Below, in pieces: positions 28,733 through 40,000 of a stretch of 64,000 nucleotides of DNA. Source of the stretch: Candidatus Heimdallarchaeum aukensis. Its GTDB lineage: Archaea; Asgardarchaeota; Heimdallarchaeia; Heimdallarchaeales; Heimdallarchaeaceae. Under the pieces are notes generated by a model, which saw nothing but the letters and a program-made list of their open reading frames with translations, did not search any database and was not told the DNA's origin. The stretch is taken from contig CP084166.1 in assembly GCA_021513695.1 (NCBI GenBank), forward strand, positions 2,432,001 to 2,496,000. Reading direction: 5' to 3'. Each line of letters opens with the position of its first letter. The stretch's first letter is position 1. A program made the translations under genes and the position numbers.

Positions 28733-31075
28733 ATGCGGATAAAAGTTAGGAATATATTATTAATCTTTTTAATAGTTGTTGGAAGTATATACGTTTCCAA
28801 CATAGCAAATTCTAATATTGAAGGAACAAATATTATAATAACGGAAGTATTATATGATGCTCCTAATTCTGATTCGACTGAAGAGTGGATAGAATTATAC
28901 AACCCTACAGATCAAATTATTTCTATAGACAATTGGATAATTGAAGACAATTATGACTCTTTTACTCTTACAGGAACTTTAGATGCCTATGGATATTTTG
29001 TTATTGCTAAACAATCCTCTGCGTTCAATAGTTTATACGGCTTTAACCCTGATTTGGATGGGATGACGTTAGCTTTGAGTAACTCTGGAGATCAAGTAAG
29101 ACTCAGTGATAATACAGGAGCTGAAGTAGATTTTGTGGCTTGGGAAAATTATGTAAGCGGATGGTCTGTTTCTGCAGTAGATGCTACAATCAGAAGAATA
29201 ACAGCAACAGATACTGATTCTGGTTCTGATTGGGAAAATAGTGGCAGTTTGGGTGATCCTGGAACAGGAAGTTATAGTTCGGGGGGAGAAGATACCACCC
29301 CTCCTACAGTCACTATTACAAGTCCAATAGATGGAGCTACAGTCTATGGGACTGTTCAAATAACTGTTGATGCCACGGATGCAAATGGTATCTCAAGTTA
29401 TGAGATCTACATCGATAATGTTCTAAGAGCTACTTCGTCTTCTTATTCTTGGGATACAACGGTAGAAGAAGATGGAAGCCACACGATCGTTGCTAAAGCC
29501 CAAGACCCATCTGGAAATTGGGGTGAAGATACTATTACCGTTAACGTCGACAACACGAACCCTCCTCCTTCTCCTCCAAGTGATTATGCTAAAATAATGA
29601 CATATAATATAGAACAGAGTGGACTTGATCCAGATTGGAAACAAGTAGTAAAAGAAGAAAATCCCGATATTGTTATTTTCGTAGAAACAGGAACTTGGGA
29701 TGATAACAATAACGAGCTTCTAAATCAGTATGTTAATGAGTTTAATAGTTATTTTGTCGATGAAGCACCCTATGTAGGATATACAGCTCAGGATATAACT
29801 TATTCTACAAGTGGAGAAGCAATAATGAGCAGATATCCCATAATAGAGAATACTCAGATACCAATTGTATCATTAGATGATGGTTCCAGTTATGATGTTA
29901 CCCATGATTTTATGTCGTGGAAGGTAAATATCAGTGGAACACCAGTATATATTATTGGTGCTCATCTTAAGGCAAGCTCAGGCTCTGATAATGAATGGAG
30001 AAGAGAACGTGAACAAGAAGGAATCATTAATTATATGGATAGTTTGGGAGAAGTACCTATAATCTACATGGGTGATCTTAACTCTTTTTCTCCAGAAGAT
30101 ACAGGAGACTTAGCACCTTTAGGAGATTTAGGTTATGGTCCAATGACAATGACTATTTGGCCTGATGATCCAACTTATGGACAATATTCTTCGCAAAATC
30201 ATCTTTTCACTGATGTTTTCAGAACCCTCAATCCTACAGAACCAGGATACACCTATGGACACCAAGATCCTCAATACAAATCAAGAATCGATTATATAGT
30301 AGTGAATGATCACTTGGATGACTTCTTAATCAATTCAACCGTGGGAGATACACCTACAGCTGATACTGGTTCTGATCATTACTGTGTGGATATGTTCATT
30401 GATGTTGCAGCTCTTAATAATGGTGCTCCACCTGATACAACTCCACCTGCAAAGGTTACAGATCTAACTGCTACGCCCATTAGTTCCTCTCAAATTGATT
30501 TATCTTGGACCGCAAACACTGAAGGAGATCTAAGCTACTATAAAATTTATAGAGATGGAGTATTTATTGCTCAAACAACTACAACAGATTACAGTGATAC
30601 AGGATTAGAACCTTCTACAACTTATACATATGAGGTTTCTGCAGTAGATACAAGCAATAACGAAGGAGTGAAATCTGACCCTGTTTCTGCTACAACGGAT
30701 TCAGTAACAACAGAAACAATACATGTAGATAGTATTGTAACAGGACTGTATGTTGGTAGAAAAGATCCTGTTTTTACTGAAACAAATTCCTTCCAGCCTA
30801 AAGATATAGTGATAATACGTGTAAAAATAGTTGATTCCAATGGTATAGCTGTTGAAGGAGTCTCTGTAACTATAACAATTACTGACTCTGAAGGAGATGT
30901 AGTAACACTAACATCAACAACTGACAGCCAAGGTATCGCAGAGTTTTCCTACAGATTAAGTCCAAGAGCTCCTCTAGGTACATATACAATAAATGTAACT
31001 GATGTAAGCTTAAGTGGATATACTTATGATCCTACAGCAAATGTAGTTTCAAGTGTTGATTTTACAGTTAGTTAA
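28733..31075 (+). CDS. secreted nuclease: lamin-tail domain (LTD) + endonuclease/exonuclease/phosphatase (EEP) domain + fibronectin-III + Ig-like domains
   Basis: The signal peptide MRIKVRNILLIFLIVVGSIYVS is followed by the LTD motif ITEVLYDAPNSDSTEEWIELYNPTD...GYFVIA. The EEP motifs are MTYNIEQ, IVIFVETG, GAHLKA and SDHYCV. The FN3 domain has DLSW...YKIYRDG. The listed ORF start 28676 is probably too far upstream, and I place the start at 28733. Confidence 0.8.
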   Translation: MRIKVRNILLIFLIVVGSIYVSNIANSNIEGTNIIITEVLYDAPNSDSTEEWIELYNPTDQIISIDNWIIEDNYDSFTLTGTLDAYGYFVIAKQSSAFNSLYGFNPDLDGMTLALSNSGDQVRLSDNTGAEVDFVAWENYVSGWSVSAVDATIRRITATDTDSGSDWENSGSLGDPGTGSYSSGGEDTTPPTVTITSPIDGATVYGTVQITVDATDANGISSYEIYIDNVLRATSSSYSWDTTVEEDGSHTIVAKAQDPSGNWGEDTITVNVDNTNPPPSPPSDYAKIMTYNIEQSGLDPDWKQVVKEENPDIVIFVETGTWDDNNNELLNQYVNEFNSYFVDEAPYVGYTAQDITYSTSGEAIMSRYPIIENTQIPIVSLDDGSSYDVTHDFMSWKVNISGTPVYIIGAHLKASSGSDNEWRREREQEGIINYMDSLGEVPIIYMGDLNSFSPEDTGDLAPLGDLGYGPMTMTIWPDDPTYGQYSSQNHLFTDVFRTLNPTEPGYTYGHQDPQYKSRIDYIVVNDHLDDFLINSTVGDTPTADTGSDHYCVDMFIDVAALNNGAPPDTTPPAKVTDLTATPISSSQIDLSWTANTEGDLSYYKIYRDGVFIAQTTTTDYSDTGLEPSTTYTYEVSAVDTSNNEGVKSDPVSATTDSVTTETIHVDSIVTGLYVGRKDPVFTETNSFQPKDIVIIRVKIVDSNGIAVEGVSVTITITDSEGDVVTLTSTTDSQGIAEFSYRLSPRAPLGTYTINVTDVSLSGYTYDPTANVVSSVDFTVS

Positions 31076-31217
31076 AGATATTCCCCTTTTTTCTTTTTTA
31101 TTATTTAGCAGAATTTGCTGAAGAATATGCTCAAATTTAAAAATTTGAAACCCACTTTCTTGATTACCTTCAAATTTGTACAGTAAAATATTTAGATTAT
31201 AAAACAAGAGAAATTTT

Positions 31218-32669
31218 ATGGTTTCAATAACATTTTATGGTGCAATTAATGAAATAGGTGGAAATAAAATTCTTATAGAAGGAACCGAGACAAGAGTTTT
31301 CCTAGATTTTGGATTATGTTTTAATCGCTACGGGAATTATTTTTCGCCATATATTACTCCTCGACAAGGATTAAAATTAAAAGATTTTATAGAATTAAAG
31401 CTTTTACCTGATCTTGAAGGTTTATACAGACAAGATTTTGAACAACGTTTTCGAGAAAGTTCTAAAGAACCATTATTTGATGGTGTAGTGCTTTCTCATC
31501 CACATATTGATCATGCAGGATTTATTCCTTTTATACGTTCTGACATTCCTTTTTATGCTTCTGAGGGCTCATTAGCTATACTAAAGGCAATAGAACAGAC
31601 AAGTCAAGGATTTTACGAATTTTTAAAACTTAAAGAGAAGTTCAAAATAAGAGAAAGTAAAAGAGAAAAAGGTAAATATGTACGAGATAAAGATTCAAGT
31701 GTTCAAAGAGAAATTACTACTTTTAAATCAAGTTTTAAAATAGGTGAGTTCACCTTTCATCCTTTTTCTGTTGATCATTCTATTGTTGGTGCAACAGCTT
31801 ATGTAATTGAAACCTCTGAAGGAGCAGTTGTTTATACTGGAGATATACGTTTTCATGGAAGAAAATATGACTTAAGTTGGAAGTTTGTAGAAGAAGCAAG
31901 TAAATATGATCCAATCCTAATGATAACGGAAGGAACAAGAATTCACGAACAGACAACTGTGACAGAACTGCAACTAGAAGATAATTTAAAACGTATAATT
32001 AAAGAAATAAGCGGATTAGTAGTTGCTTCTTTTCCTGTAAGAGATTTTGATAGAATGCAATCTTTTGTTAATGCAGGAAAAGAAAATGGTAGAGAACTTG
32101 TAATAAGTACACGTCAAGCTTTTGCTTTGGATGTTTTAGAAAAAGAAAAAATAGATGATGTTCCTAATCTTGACGAAGTAAGAGTTTTTCTCCCCAGTAA
32201 AAGTTGGGGAATATATGATAATCCTAACTATCCCATTGAAATTCAAATGCAAGATTATTCCACATGGGAAAGAAAAATAATTGAAAAGTCATCTACAATT
32301 ACTGCTAATGAAATAAGAGAAGAGCAAGAAAGTTATATATTGAGAGTAGAACCTACAGAATTAAAATATTTGCTTGATATTAATCCAAAGATTGGTTCAA
32401 GATACATTCGCTCTTTGACAGAACCTGTTGATGAAGAAATGGAAATACAGCAACAAAAAATGGATAATTGGTTAAAATTCTTCAGTCTTTATCCTTACAA
32501 ACAACTACATTGCTCTGGTCATACATCTAGAAAAGAATTATTAGAAATGATAAATAAGATTAACCCCAAAAAAATTGTTCCAATACATACAGAGAATGCA
32601 AAAGATTTTATGAGTGCATTTGAGAAAGTTATGATAGTAGAAGAAGGAGTGAAAATAACTTTAAAATAG
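31218..32669 (+). CDS. beta-CASP family MBL-fold ribonuclease (archaeal RNase J / aCPSF-like)
   Basis: It has the MBL motif VLSHPHIDHAG, a beta-CASP-sized insertion and the C-terminal motif HCSGHTS (motif C His). Confidence 0.65.
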   Translation: MVSITFYGAINEIGGNKILIEGTETRVFLDFGLCFNRYGNYFSPYITPRQGLKLKDFIELKLLPDLEGLYRQDFEQRFRESSKEPLFDGVVLSHPHIDHAGFIPFIRSDIPFYASEGSLAILKAIEQTSQGFYEFLKLKEKFKIRESKREKGKYVRDKDSSVQREITTFKSSFKIGEFTFHPFSVDHSIVGATAYVIETSEGAVVYTGDIRFHGRKYDLSWKFVEEASKYDPILMITEGTRIHEQTTVTELQLEDNLKRIIKEISGLVVASFPVRDFDRMQSFVNAGKENGRELVISTRQAFALDVLEKEKIDDVPNLDEVRVFLPSKSWGIYDNPNYPIEIQMQDYSTWERKIIEKSSTITANEIREEQESYILRVEPTELKYLLDINPKIGSRYIRSLTEPVDEEMEIQQQKMDNWLKFFSLYPYKQLHCSGHTSRKELLEMINKINPKKIVPIHTENAKDFMSAFEKVMIVEEGVKITLK

Positions 32670-32783
32670 ATTTGATTGAACTTTTCTTAATAATTTTTTT
32701 CTTTTCGTTTTTAATATTCTTTTAAAAGATCTTCTATTAAATTTCTGCAAAAAAGTAATAAATGAGAAGTAATTTTTTCTTAT

Positions 32784-34310
32784 ATGACAAACCAATATGA
32801 TATTATTGTTGTTGGTTCCGGATTAGGGGGTTTAGTTGCAGGAGCTAAGCTAGCTAAGGAAGGAAAAAAAGTATTATTGATTGAACAACATTCCGTTGTG
32901 GGAGGTTGTTCTACAACCTTTACTCGAAAGGGATTTACAGTTGACGTTGGTTTGCACCAAATCGACGGAATAGATGAATATGATGAAAAGATGCATTATT
33001 TCGAGGAACTAGGCGTTTATGAAAGTATTGAGTTTGTTAAACATGGTGATGAGTTCTATCGATTTGTTAATGATAGGGTAGATATTATTGTCCCTGATAA
33101 TGTCGAAAAAGCAATTAAAGTTTTAACAGAACATTTTCCAGAAGATGAAAAAGGAATTAATAATTACTTCGAGACTTTGCTTGCACTATACAAAGAGATA
33201 CACTCTCTCCCCAAAAGGAAACTGAAATTTTTCCTAATTATGCCGTTATTTCCTCTGCTATATCCCTCAATTGTTAAGTGGTCTAAAAAAACTGTAGGAG
33301 AATTCATTGATAGTCTAGAAATAAAAAATGAAGATCTGAAATTGGTATTACTTGGAAATATTCAATATTATTCTGATGATCCATATAAATTATCAATGCT
33401 TTACTATTCTGCGGCACAAGGATCATATTATGTAAAAGGAGCTTATTATCTGAAAGGAGGATCACAAAAACTATCAAATCATTTTGCTAAAGTAATTACT
33501 GACAATAATGGTGAAATAATCCTTTCTCATATGGTAGATAAAATAATTGTCAAAGGAAAAAGAGCTATAGGTGTGGAATATTACCCAAAAAGAAACCCAG
33601 AAGAAAGAAAACAAGCATTTGCAAAACATATTGTTGCTAATGCAGCAGTACCTAATGTTATAAAAATGTTGCCTGAAAAACAAAAGAAGGTTTTGGAAAA
33701 AATTTTCGGTGGCATGGAAATTGCACAATCACATTATTCTCTTTATCTTGGATTCAGTAAACCATTGAAAGAAATTGGCAATAAATGCTACGCAACAATG
33801 ATATGGCCACCAGATATTAAAACACCCGCAGATATAAGAAAAAGTCTAGAGTGGTCTTTCACTAAAAGAAGAATGAGTATAACTGATTACAGTCAATTAG
33901 ACAGTGGAATGGCCGTTCTTGGAAAAAGTGTAGCAATTATCTCTGGAACAGATATACTAGAAGACTGGGAGAAACTTCCTGAAGAAGAGTATAAGAAAAG
34001 AAAAGAGCAAGCCACTGAAGAGCTAATTGAGAGGTTGGAAAAATTAATTCCTGGAGCAAAAGATCACATTGAATGGAAAAACTTTGCTACTCCTAGAACC
34101 ATTAAGCATTTCACTTTAAATCCAAATGGGACATCTTATGGATATTCTCAACTTCCTTCACAATCAACAAATAAAAGACCAGGAAATAAATCTCCAATAA
34201 AGGGTCTATGGTTTGCAAGTGCATGGGTTTTCCCAGGTGGAGGGTTTACGCCTTCAATGACTTCAGGATATAATTGTGCACTTAAAATTTTAAAAGAGAT
34301 GAAAAAATAA
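32784..34310 (+). CDS. FAD-dependent oxidoreductase, phytoene desaturase (CrtI)/amine-oxidase family
   Basis: It has an N-terminal dinucleotide fold YDIIVVGSGLGGLVAGAKLAKEGKKVLLIEQHSVVGGCSTTF and a CrtI-like C-terminal FAD motif GLWFASAWVFPGGG. Confidence 0.7.
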   Translation: MTNQYDIIVVGSGLGGLVAGAKLAKEGKKVLLIEQHSVVGGCSTTFTRKGFTVDVGLHQIDGIDEYDEKMHYFEELGVYESIEFVKHGDEFYRFVNDRVDIIVPDNVEKAIKVLTEHFPEDEKGINNYFETLLALYKEIHSLPKRKLKFFLIMPLFPLLYPSIVKWSKKTVGEFIDSLEIKNEDLKLVLLGNIQYYSDDPYKLSMLYYSAAQGSYYVKGAYYLKGGSQKLSNHFAKVITDNNGEIILSHMVDKIIVKGKRAIGVEYYPKRNPEERKQAFAKHIVANAAVPNVIKMLPEKQKKVLEKIFGGMEIAQSHYSLYLGFSKPLKEIGNKCYATMIWPPDIKTPADIRKSLEWSFTKRRMSITDYSQLDSGMAVLGKSVAIISGTDILEDWEKLPEEEYKKRKEQATEELIERLEKLIPGAKDHIEWKNFATPRTIKHFTLNPNGTSYGYSQLPSQSTNKRPGNKSPIKGLWFASAWVFPGGGFTPSMTSGYNCALKILKEMKK

Positions 34311-34359
34311 AATTTTTTAAAAAAACTTTATTTACTTTTTTATTTTTTTTATTATAAAA

Positions 34360-35373
34360 TTAGTAGTCTTCGAATTTTAGTTTATATACTGTTAAGAAGT
34401 TATTTTCGCTTAGAAAACTGATTATTTCAATAAAATCGGCGAAGTTATCGACAGAATTTTGATCAATATATATATCTTTTATCGTTTTTGTAATGTTGTT
34501 TAAGCATAATTCTAATATTGTTCTTTGCTTTTTCACATCAAGAATATCGTTACTGTCCATTTTTTGATAACTTGTTTCAATATATTTAATGTAGTTCTGA
34601 ATCTGTTCTTCGTTACTTATTGGTAGTGATATTGTCATATTGAGAATGAGAGCTTGTTTTAATAAAGACATTTCATCAGGTTTTGTAGTGATATTAATGT
34701 CCAAGTAATCTGCAATATATGGCATTATTTCTTCATCTAATGTTACAACACTTTCTAATTCATTAGCTAGTTCCTGTATCCATCTACGTACGTCATCATA
34801 GGGAAAAGTACGAATTTTCTCTTTTTCCTTTTTCCTTCTCCACTGATTATAAACTTCTTGTGCAGTTTTCTTCTTGAGATATAAGTCGACTTCAACAAAA
34901 CCTAATCTAGATATTACATGTATTTGTTTGTCTCCTTCTTGTTTTGCAATTTTAAAAATTGTGTTTCTTAATCTGTCTTTGATTGTTAAGCCTTCTATTT
35001 TCTGAAAAGTAGACAAAAATGTTTTTACTACTTTTTCAACAAAAGTCTTTGATTGAGGTAGTGGAATATTGAAGAGAACAAAAGGATTTTCTCCATTATT
35101 TTTTTCTGTAAGATCTCTATCTGGTTCGTAACCAGCATGAGTGGCTTTTACACGTGCTTGAGAACGAACAACAAGATTGTTATCAATAAAGCAAATAATA
35201 GACGAAAATTCATCATTGATACAACGATGAATGTCAATATACTGAGTAAGTGCACCCTCTTTATTACTTTTAATTAGGAGTTTAGGAATTATTAATTTCC
35301 TTCTCTTTTGACAGTAGTTACATTGATAATGAATTAAGGTAATTGTTTTTGAAGCTTGATTCAATATTATCAA
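34360..35373 (-). CDS. hypothetical protein (N-terminal CxxC pair)
   Basis: This 337-aa ORF has HYQCNYCQK...HRC near the N-terminus and no other motif. Confidence 0.3.
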   Translation of the reverse strand: MIILNQASKTITLIHYQCNYCQKRRKLIIPKLLIKSNKEGALTQYIDIHRCINDEFSSIICFIDNNLVVRSQARVKATHAGYEPDRDLTEKNNGENPFVLFNIPLPQSKTFVEKVVKTFLSTFQKIEGLTIKDRLRNTIFKIAKQEGDKQIHVISRLGFVEVDLYLKKKTAQEVYNQWRRKKEKEKIRTFPYDDVRRWIQELANELESVVTLDEEIMPYIADYLDINITTKPDEMSLLKQALILNMTISLPISNEEQIQNYIKYIETSYQKMDSNDILDVKKQRTILELCLNNITKTIKDIYIDQNSVDNFADFIEIISFLSENNFLTVYKLKFEDY

Positions 35374-35538
35374 TCAATTCTATATGACATTTATTTAAAA
35401 TTTTTTGGAAACTTTCAGCTTCATAACTTTTTATGACAAAAAAGCACTAGTTCATATAAAATCTCTCAATAAGTTTGGACGAAACGTGTTCTTGCAATAA
35501 TTGGAAAGAATTTTAAAAGATTAATTCTGTTCTTGTTT

Positions 35539-35676
35539 ATGTTTTGCCCTAGATGCAGAAAAGTTGAAAAAAAGATAATAAAGATGCAAGCTGTTAAACG
35601 AAAGGGTGGTTTTCACAAACATACAAAGTACATATGTCCTTCTTGTGGGCTTGTTCGTATGAAACAGAATAAATAG
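35539..35676 (+). CDS. small zinc-ribbon protein (45 aa; CPxC-x25-CPxCG), not in the ORF track
   Basis: My translation is MFCPRCRKVEKKIIKMQAVKRKGGFHKHTKYICPSCGLVRMKQNK. It forms a local GC-richer island in an AT-rich intergenic region. Confidence 0.35.
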   Translation: MFCPRCRKVEKKIIKMQAVKRKGGFHKHTKYICPSCGLVRMKQNK

Positions 35677-35740
35677 ATTTTAAGAACTATTTAAGAATAA
35701 GAAAAAAAGAGAAAAATTATTCTTTTTGAATTTTTTTTAT

Positions 35741-36469
35741 TTATCTTATAACTTTTCTGAACCAGTCTGGCATTATATATCCTAGATAGCCACTAGCCAA
35801 ACCAGCCAAGGCAAAGAACCACGATAAATAATAAAATGGAGAGTAACCTTTTCCTGTTCCTGAAACTATTGCAAGATCAATTCCAAATGATAGAAATAGT
35901 AACAAGATAAAAATCCCATATAGTGAAATTAGTAAGAAACCAGTTCGAGGAATAATCTCTTTTGTTTTCTTTCTCTCTTTTAAAGAAAGCCAGATAAGTA
36001 TTACCATTATTATTATTGAATTGAAAGCATGATAGAGAACAATTAAGAAAGCGTTTGCATAGCTCCCTTGTCTGATACTGATTTTTGGAATAAATAGCCC
36101 AATTGAAATACTGTTTAATATAGTTATAGGAATAAGGTACTTTAATTGATTTTTAAGAAATATTCCGTTTATAAAAGCAAAAAGAAAAACGTTAGATAGA
36201 GCCGTGAAAGTGTAAGCTAGTAAGATAAAAAAGTCTGCATAAGAAGTGACTTCAGGATCAATATCTACACTAAATTGTAACCATTTTCCTATTGCTGTGA
36301 GCAACATTCCTGTTGCATAAGTTGTAAAGCAAATAGCTAAATGAGCTGTTGCTTCTCTTTTTCTTTTTATATATCTCTGCCAGACACTAAAAACTAATAT
36401 AAACATTAAAGTAGCTACTATTGTTTCTACTATTGGTGCAAGAATAGGAACATTATTACGTGAAAGCAT
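35741..36469 (-). CDS. polytopic membrane protein (about 7 TM), hypothetical
   Basis: Its hydrophobicity pattern indicates 7 TM helices. It is in an operon with the roadblock-like gene upstream on the same strand. Confidence 0.4.
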   Translation of the reverse strand: MLSRNNVPILAPIVETIVATLMFILVFSVWQRYIKRKREATAHLAICFTTYATGMLLTAIGKWLQFSVDIDPEVTSYADFFILLAYTFTALSNVFLFAFINGIFLKNQLKYLIPITILNSISIGLFIPKISIRQGSYANAFLIVLYHAFNSIIIMVILIWLSLKERKKTKEIIPRTGFLLISLYGIFILLLFLSFGIDLAIVSGTGKGYSPFYYLSWFFALAGLASGYLGYIMPDWFRKVIR

Positions 36470-36480
36470 ATTATTTCATT

Positions 36481-36924
36481 TTACCAAAGCGAATCTCTTA
36501 AACGTTTTGTAGCTTCGGAGGTACTAAGAATTTGTTCACAATTATCTATAAACTCATCTGTAAGCTTATTTAGTATCATTTCTTCATTTCTGAGAAGGTT
36601 AGCATCAACAACATCTTTTATTTCAAAAGAGACTCTTGTGGTAAACCGTGTTAATTCTTCTCTTAATGAGATTTTATCACTTTCAATACATGGATCAATA
36701 ACAACGATTACTGCAAAACTAGTAGCTACTTCAAGCAGAATATCGTAAGCCTTAGTGGAAACTTCTGTAGCTTCTCCTATTTTCATATCTTTCAGCAAAC
36801 TTTGAATAGCAGAGATAACTCCTGAAAATAGAGTGGCTCGAGTTATGTCACTAGAATTCTCTTCTTTTTCTCTAAAGAAGAGAGGAATTCCAGAACGATC
36901 TATAATGTAAATTGCATGTATCAT
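36481..36924 (-). CDS. roadblock/LC7 (MglB/longin-like) domain protein
   Basis: IHAIYIIDRSGIPLFF ... ATLFSGVISAIQSLL ... SFAVIVVID matches the roadblock/LC7 alpha-beta pattern. Confidence 0.4.
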   Translation of the reverse strand: MIHAIYIIDRSGIPLFFREKEENSSDITRATLFSGVISAIQSLLKDMKIGEATEVSTKAYDILLEVATSFAVIVVIDPCIESDKISLREELTRFTTRVSFEIKDVVDANLLRNEEMILNKLTDEFIDNCEQILSTSEATKRLRDSLW

Positions 36925-37017
36925 TATTTCAAAATATCATAGTAAAGGTAACATTTGAATTTTCCTATACATAAATTATAACCAAGTCAATTTTTGGACT
37001 ATCACTAGTTATATAAA

Positions 37018-40000
37018 GTGTGGAGAATGCAAACACATATAATGAGAAAATTTGTTTTTGTTTTTAACTTTATAATTATAATCATTTTTAGCAGTTTAAA
37101 TCCTTCAGTAAATGCTGTGAAAAATGATTATTATACAAAATCTTCTATTGAGGGAGAAACAGTTTCTATTACTTTCTCCGTTACAACACCATATGAAGTG
37201 TCTTCTTTAGAAATACAAATTTTATATCTAATAGACCCCTATTATTATTATAGTTATCAACTGTCAAAAAATAGTCAAGATCCAAACGTTTTCGAAATAA
37301 GTTTAGAGCTGACTGAAGGAAAACTTTTACGATATCGTTATAGTTTAGGTGGAAATCAATGGGAATATCTTTCAGATAAAAATCCTTCATTCAGAACAAT
37401 AGTTATCTCTAAAGGCAATACAAACATCGAAGATAATATTGTGGGTTTTTGTCCTTCTTTTGACCCTTCTACTATTACACGATTAAACGTGACTGGTAGA
37501 GTAGTGGAGCAGGAAACTGATAAACCCATAGAAGATGGTTTTGTTGCTATTGGTGGTGTCATAACTCCTTTAAGAGCTAATGGTTCTTTCTATGCACAGA
37601 ATGTTTTTTCTGGTTATCAACACATACTCGTTTTTTCTTATTCTCATCTGAATTTACAATCAATACAAAATTTGTCTCCAGATACAGACGATGATCCTTT
37701 AGAAATTGATTTAGGGACTTTTAGTCTTGAAAAAACTAGACTTATAAGAGTCACTTTTATTGTAAAAACACCTGAGAATACACAAGACAAACAAGTAAAA
37801 ATAGTAGGCGATCTTCCTCAACTAGGTTATATTTATCCTTATATGGTCTCAACCAGAAATATTCTATTACAACATGTCAAAGATAATTGGTTTATTCAAA
37901 CATTAGAAATTCCAGAACATGTTCCGTTTAACTATTTTTACACTTTAGGTTCATATAACACATATTATGAGGTTGATTCACCCAATCCAAATCCTTTTGT
38001 CCGTTCAATTTATCCAGAAAACAATTCAGTAATAGTTGATGAAGTAGGTGCATGGAAAAATAATGGTTATGTTCATATGAAATTTACAGTAAATGTGCCG
38101 GAAAATACTCCTCAAGAATTTGGAGTCTCGCTCGTAACTAGTAATTCTTTCCTCAAAATGAATAAATTTAGTTCAACAGAATGGTACACAGAACTTGACT
38201 ATCCCGAAGGTTGGGAGTTTAATTATTATTATGCTGTAGGACAAGTAGATCATTCAATTTGGGAGAGTGAATATAATAATTCCAATCCTAGAACTAAGAC
38301 TGCCTCAGAAGGAGAATTTGTGGATACAGTTTCTAAATGGAATTACATTAAAACTCCTCAAACATCTACAGAAAGCAGTGTAAATGTAAGTTTAGTTTTT
38401 ACTGTTCCTTCTTATACTCCAGACGTCTCACTTTATCTAGCAGGAGAACTGTTTGATAATTGGGTAAATCCGCAAGGACAATTATTGCAGAAACTTGACG
38501 CCCACTCTTATCGTACATTCATAGTTTTAAACAAAGATATTGAAACAAGTTTTACTGTAACTAGAGGAACATGGGCTAGTTCTGCAGAAAAAAACTTTAC
38601 TCTTATCCCCAAATTTGAGGGAGAAGAATTTTACTTTTCAGTTGATTCGTGGATAGATCTCTCTTCTCCTTGGAATAGAACTTCATTAATTACTGGAGTT
38701 ATGCCTATAGATTATTGGTCTTCTGATATGCGCACATCTTTAGATCCAGCATTTAAACACTTTGCAGAACTAGGTGGAAAATGGATAGAATATAGCCCTA
38801 TCTGGAATTATGATAGATTGAAACCCTTTCCTTATTTATCCTCTACGACAGGAGTATATACCCCTGATGAAGATCTGGCTTTTATAGTAGAAACAGCAAA
38901 AAAGTATGGTTTGAGAGTAGGTATATCTCTTCAGATAAATACAGAACAAACAGCAGATTCTTCTCAATGGGGAGATTTTACAGCTGAAAAAATTGATGTT
39001 TTGCTTGAAGGATTAAGAACATTCTATTTCCATTATGCAGAACTATCACAGAAATTAGGGATAGAATTCATGACCTTTGCACGTCTAAGTGGAGACTGGA
39101 TAAATGATGCTTATGATACATTTATGATTAACTTAATTCCAGAAATTAGAGAAATATATTCTGGAATGCTCACAACTCACCAAGGTTGGACAGATGATTT
39201 TCAATACTATGGATTACTTGATTTCATAGGTTTTTATTTCTGGGAATCAGTGTTAGCTGGCACTCCTGACCCTACAGTAGACGAATTAACTACTGCATTT
39301 GAAGAAGTTATTGATACACACTATAGGCCCTTTTATGTGAAGTATCAGAAACCAATTATCTTCACTCAAGTGGCTTATGCAGCAATGGAGGAAGCCAACG
39401 GCCAACCCACTATTCCGAGTATTTACGAGGGAACAACTGTTGAATATAGACCTGATATTCAAGCTAGAATCTACGAAGCACTATACAGAGCAATAGCTAA
39501 CAGAACATGGATTGAAGGACTATTTAGTTTTGGCTGGAAATATTGGCCTTCTCATTTTCCAGAATATTCAATCAGCTACACTCCTGCAGAAACAGTTGTT
39601 GCTAAATGGTCAAATATGGTTAACTACGGAAATGGTGTGATTGTTAATAATGAAAACAAAGTAAAAGTAGAACAAGAAGACTTTATTCTTCACCTTGAAG
39701 AATCAGGTTTTTACACTGATATAAGATTAAGAGATTCAGAAGGAAACAACTGGTCTTCTTGGAATATATATCAAACTACAATTGATCTCTCTACTATTCT
39801 CCCGGAGATAAGTACTGAAAAACAGTATGTAATCTGGTTACAAGCAAAAAATTCGACTTTTACAAGTAATCCTACAGCTGTTAAGGTTATAGTAGATTCT
39901 ACAGCTCCTAAAATAAGCACTCAACCAACAAGTTACAATTTTAATCTTAGTAGTTTTAACAGTCTTGGAAAAATAGTGGAAGAAACTAGTTTAAACTTGT

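Noticed and set aside
28612-28902. Listed minus-strand ORF of 96 aa upstream of and overlapping the nuclease gene
   Set aside because: It lies in the AT-rich promoter/5' region of 28733-31075 and has no coding-like features.
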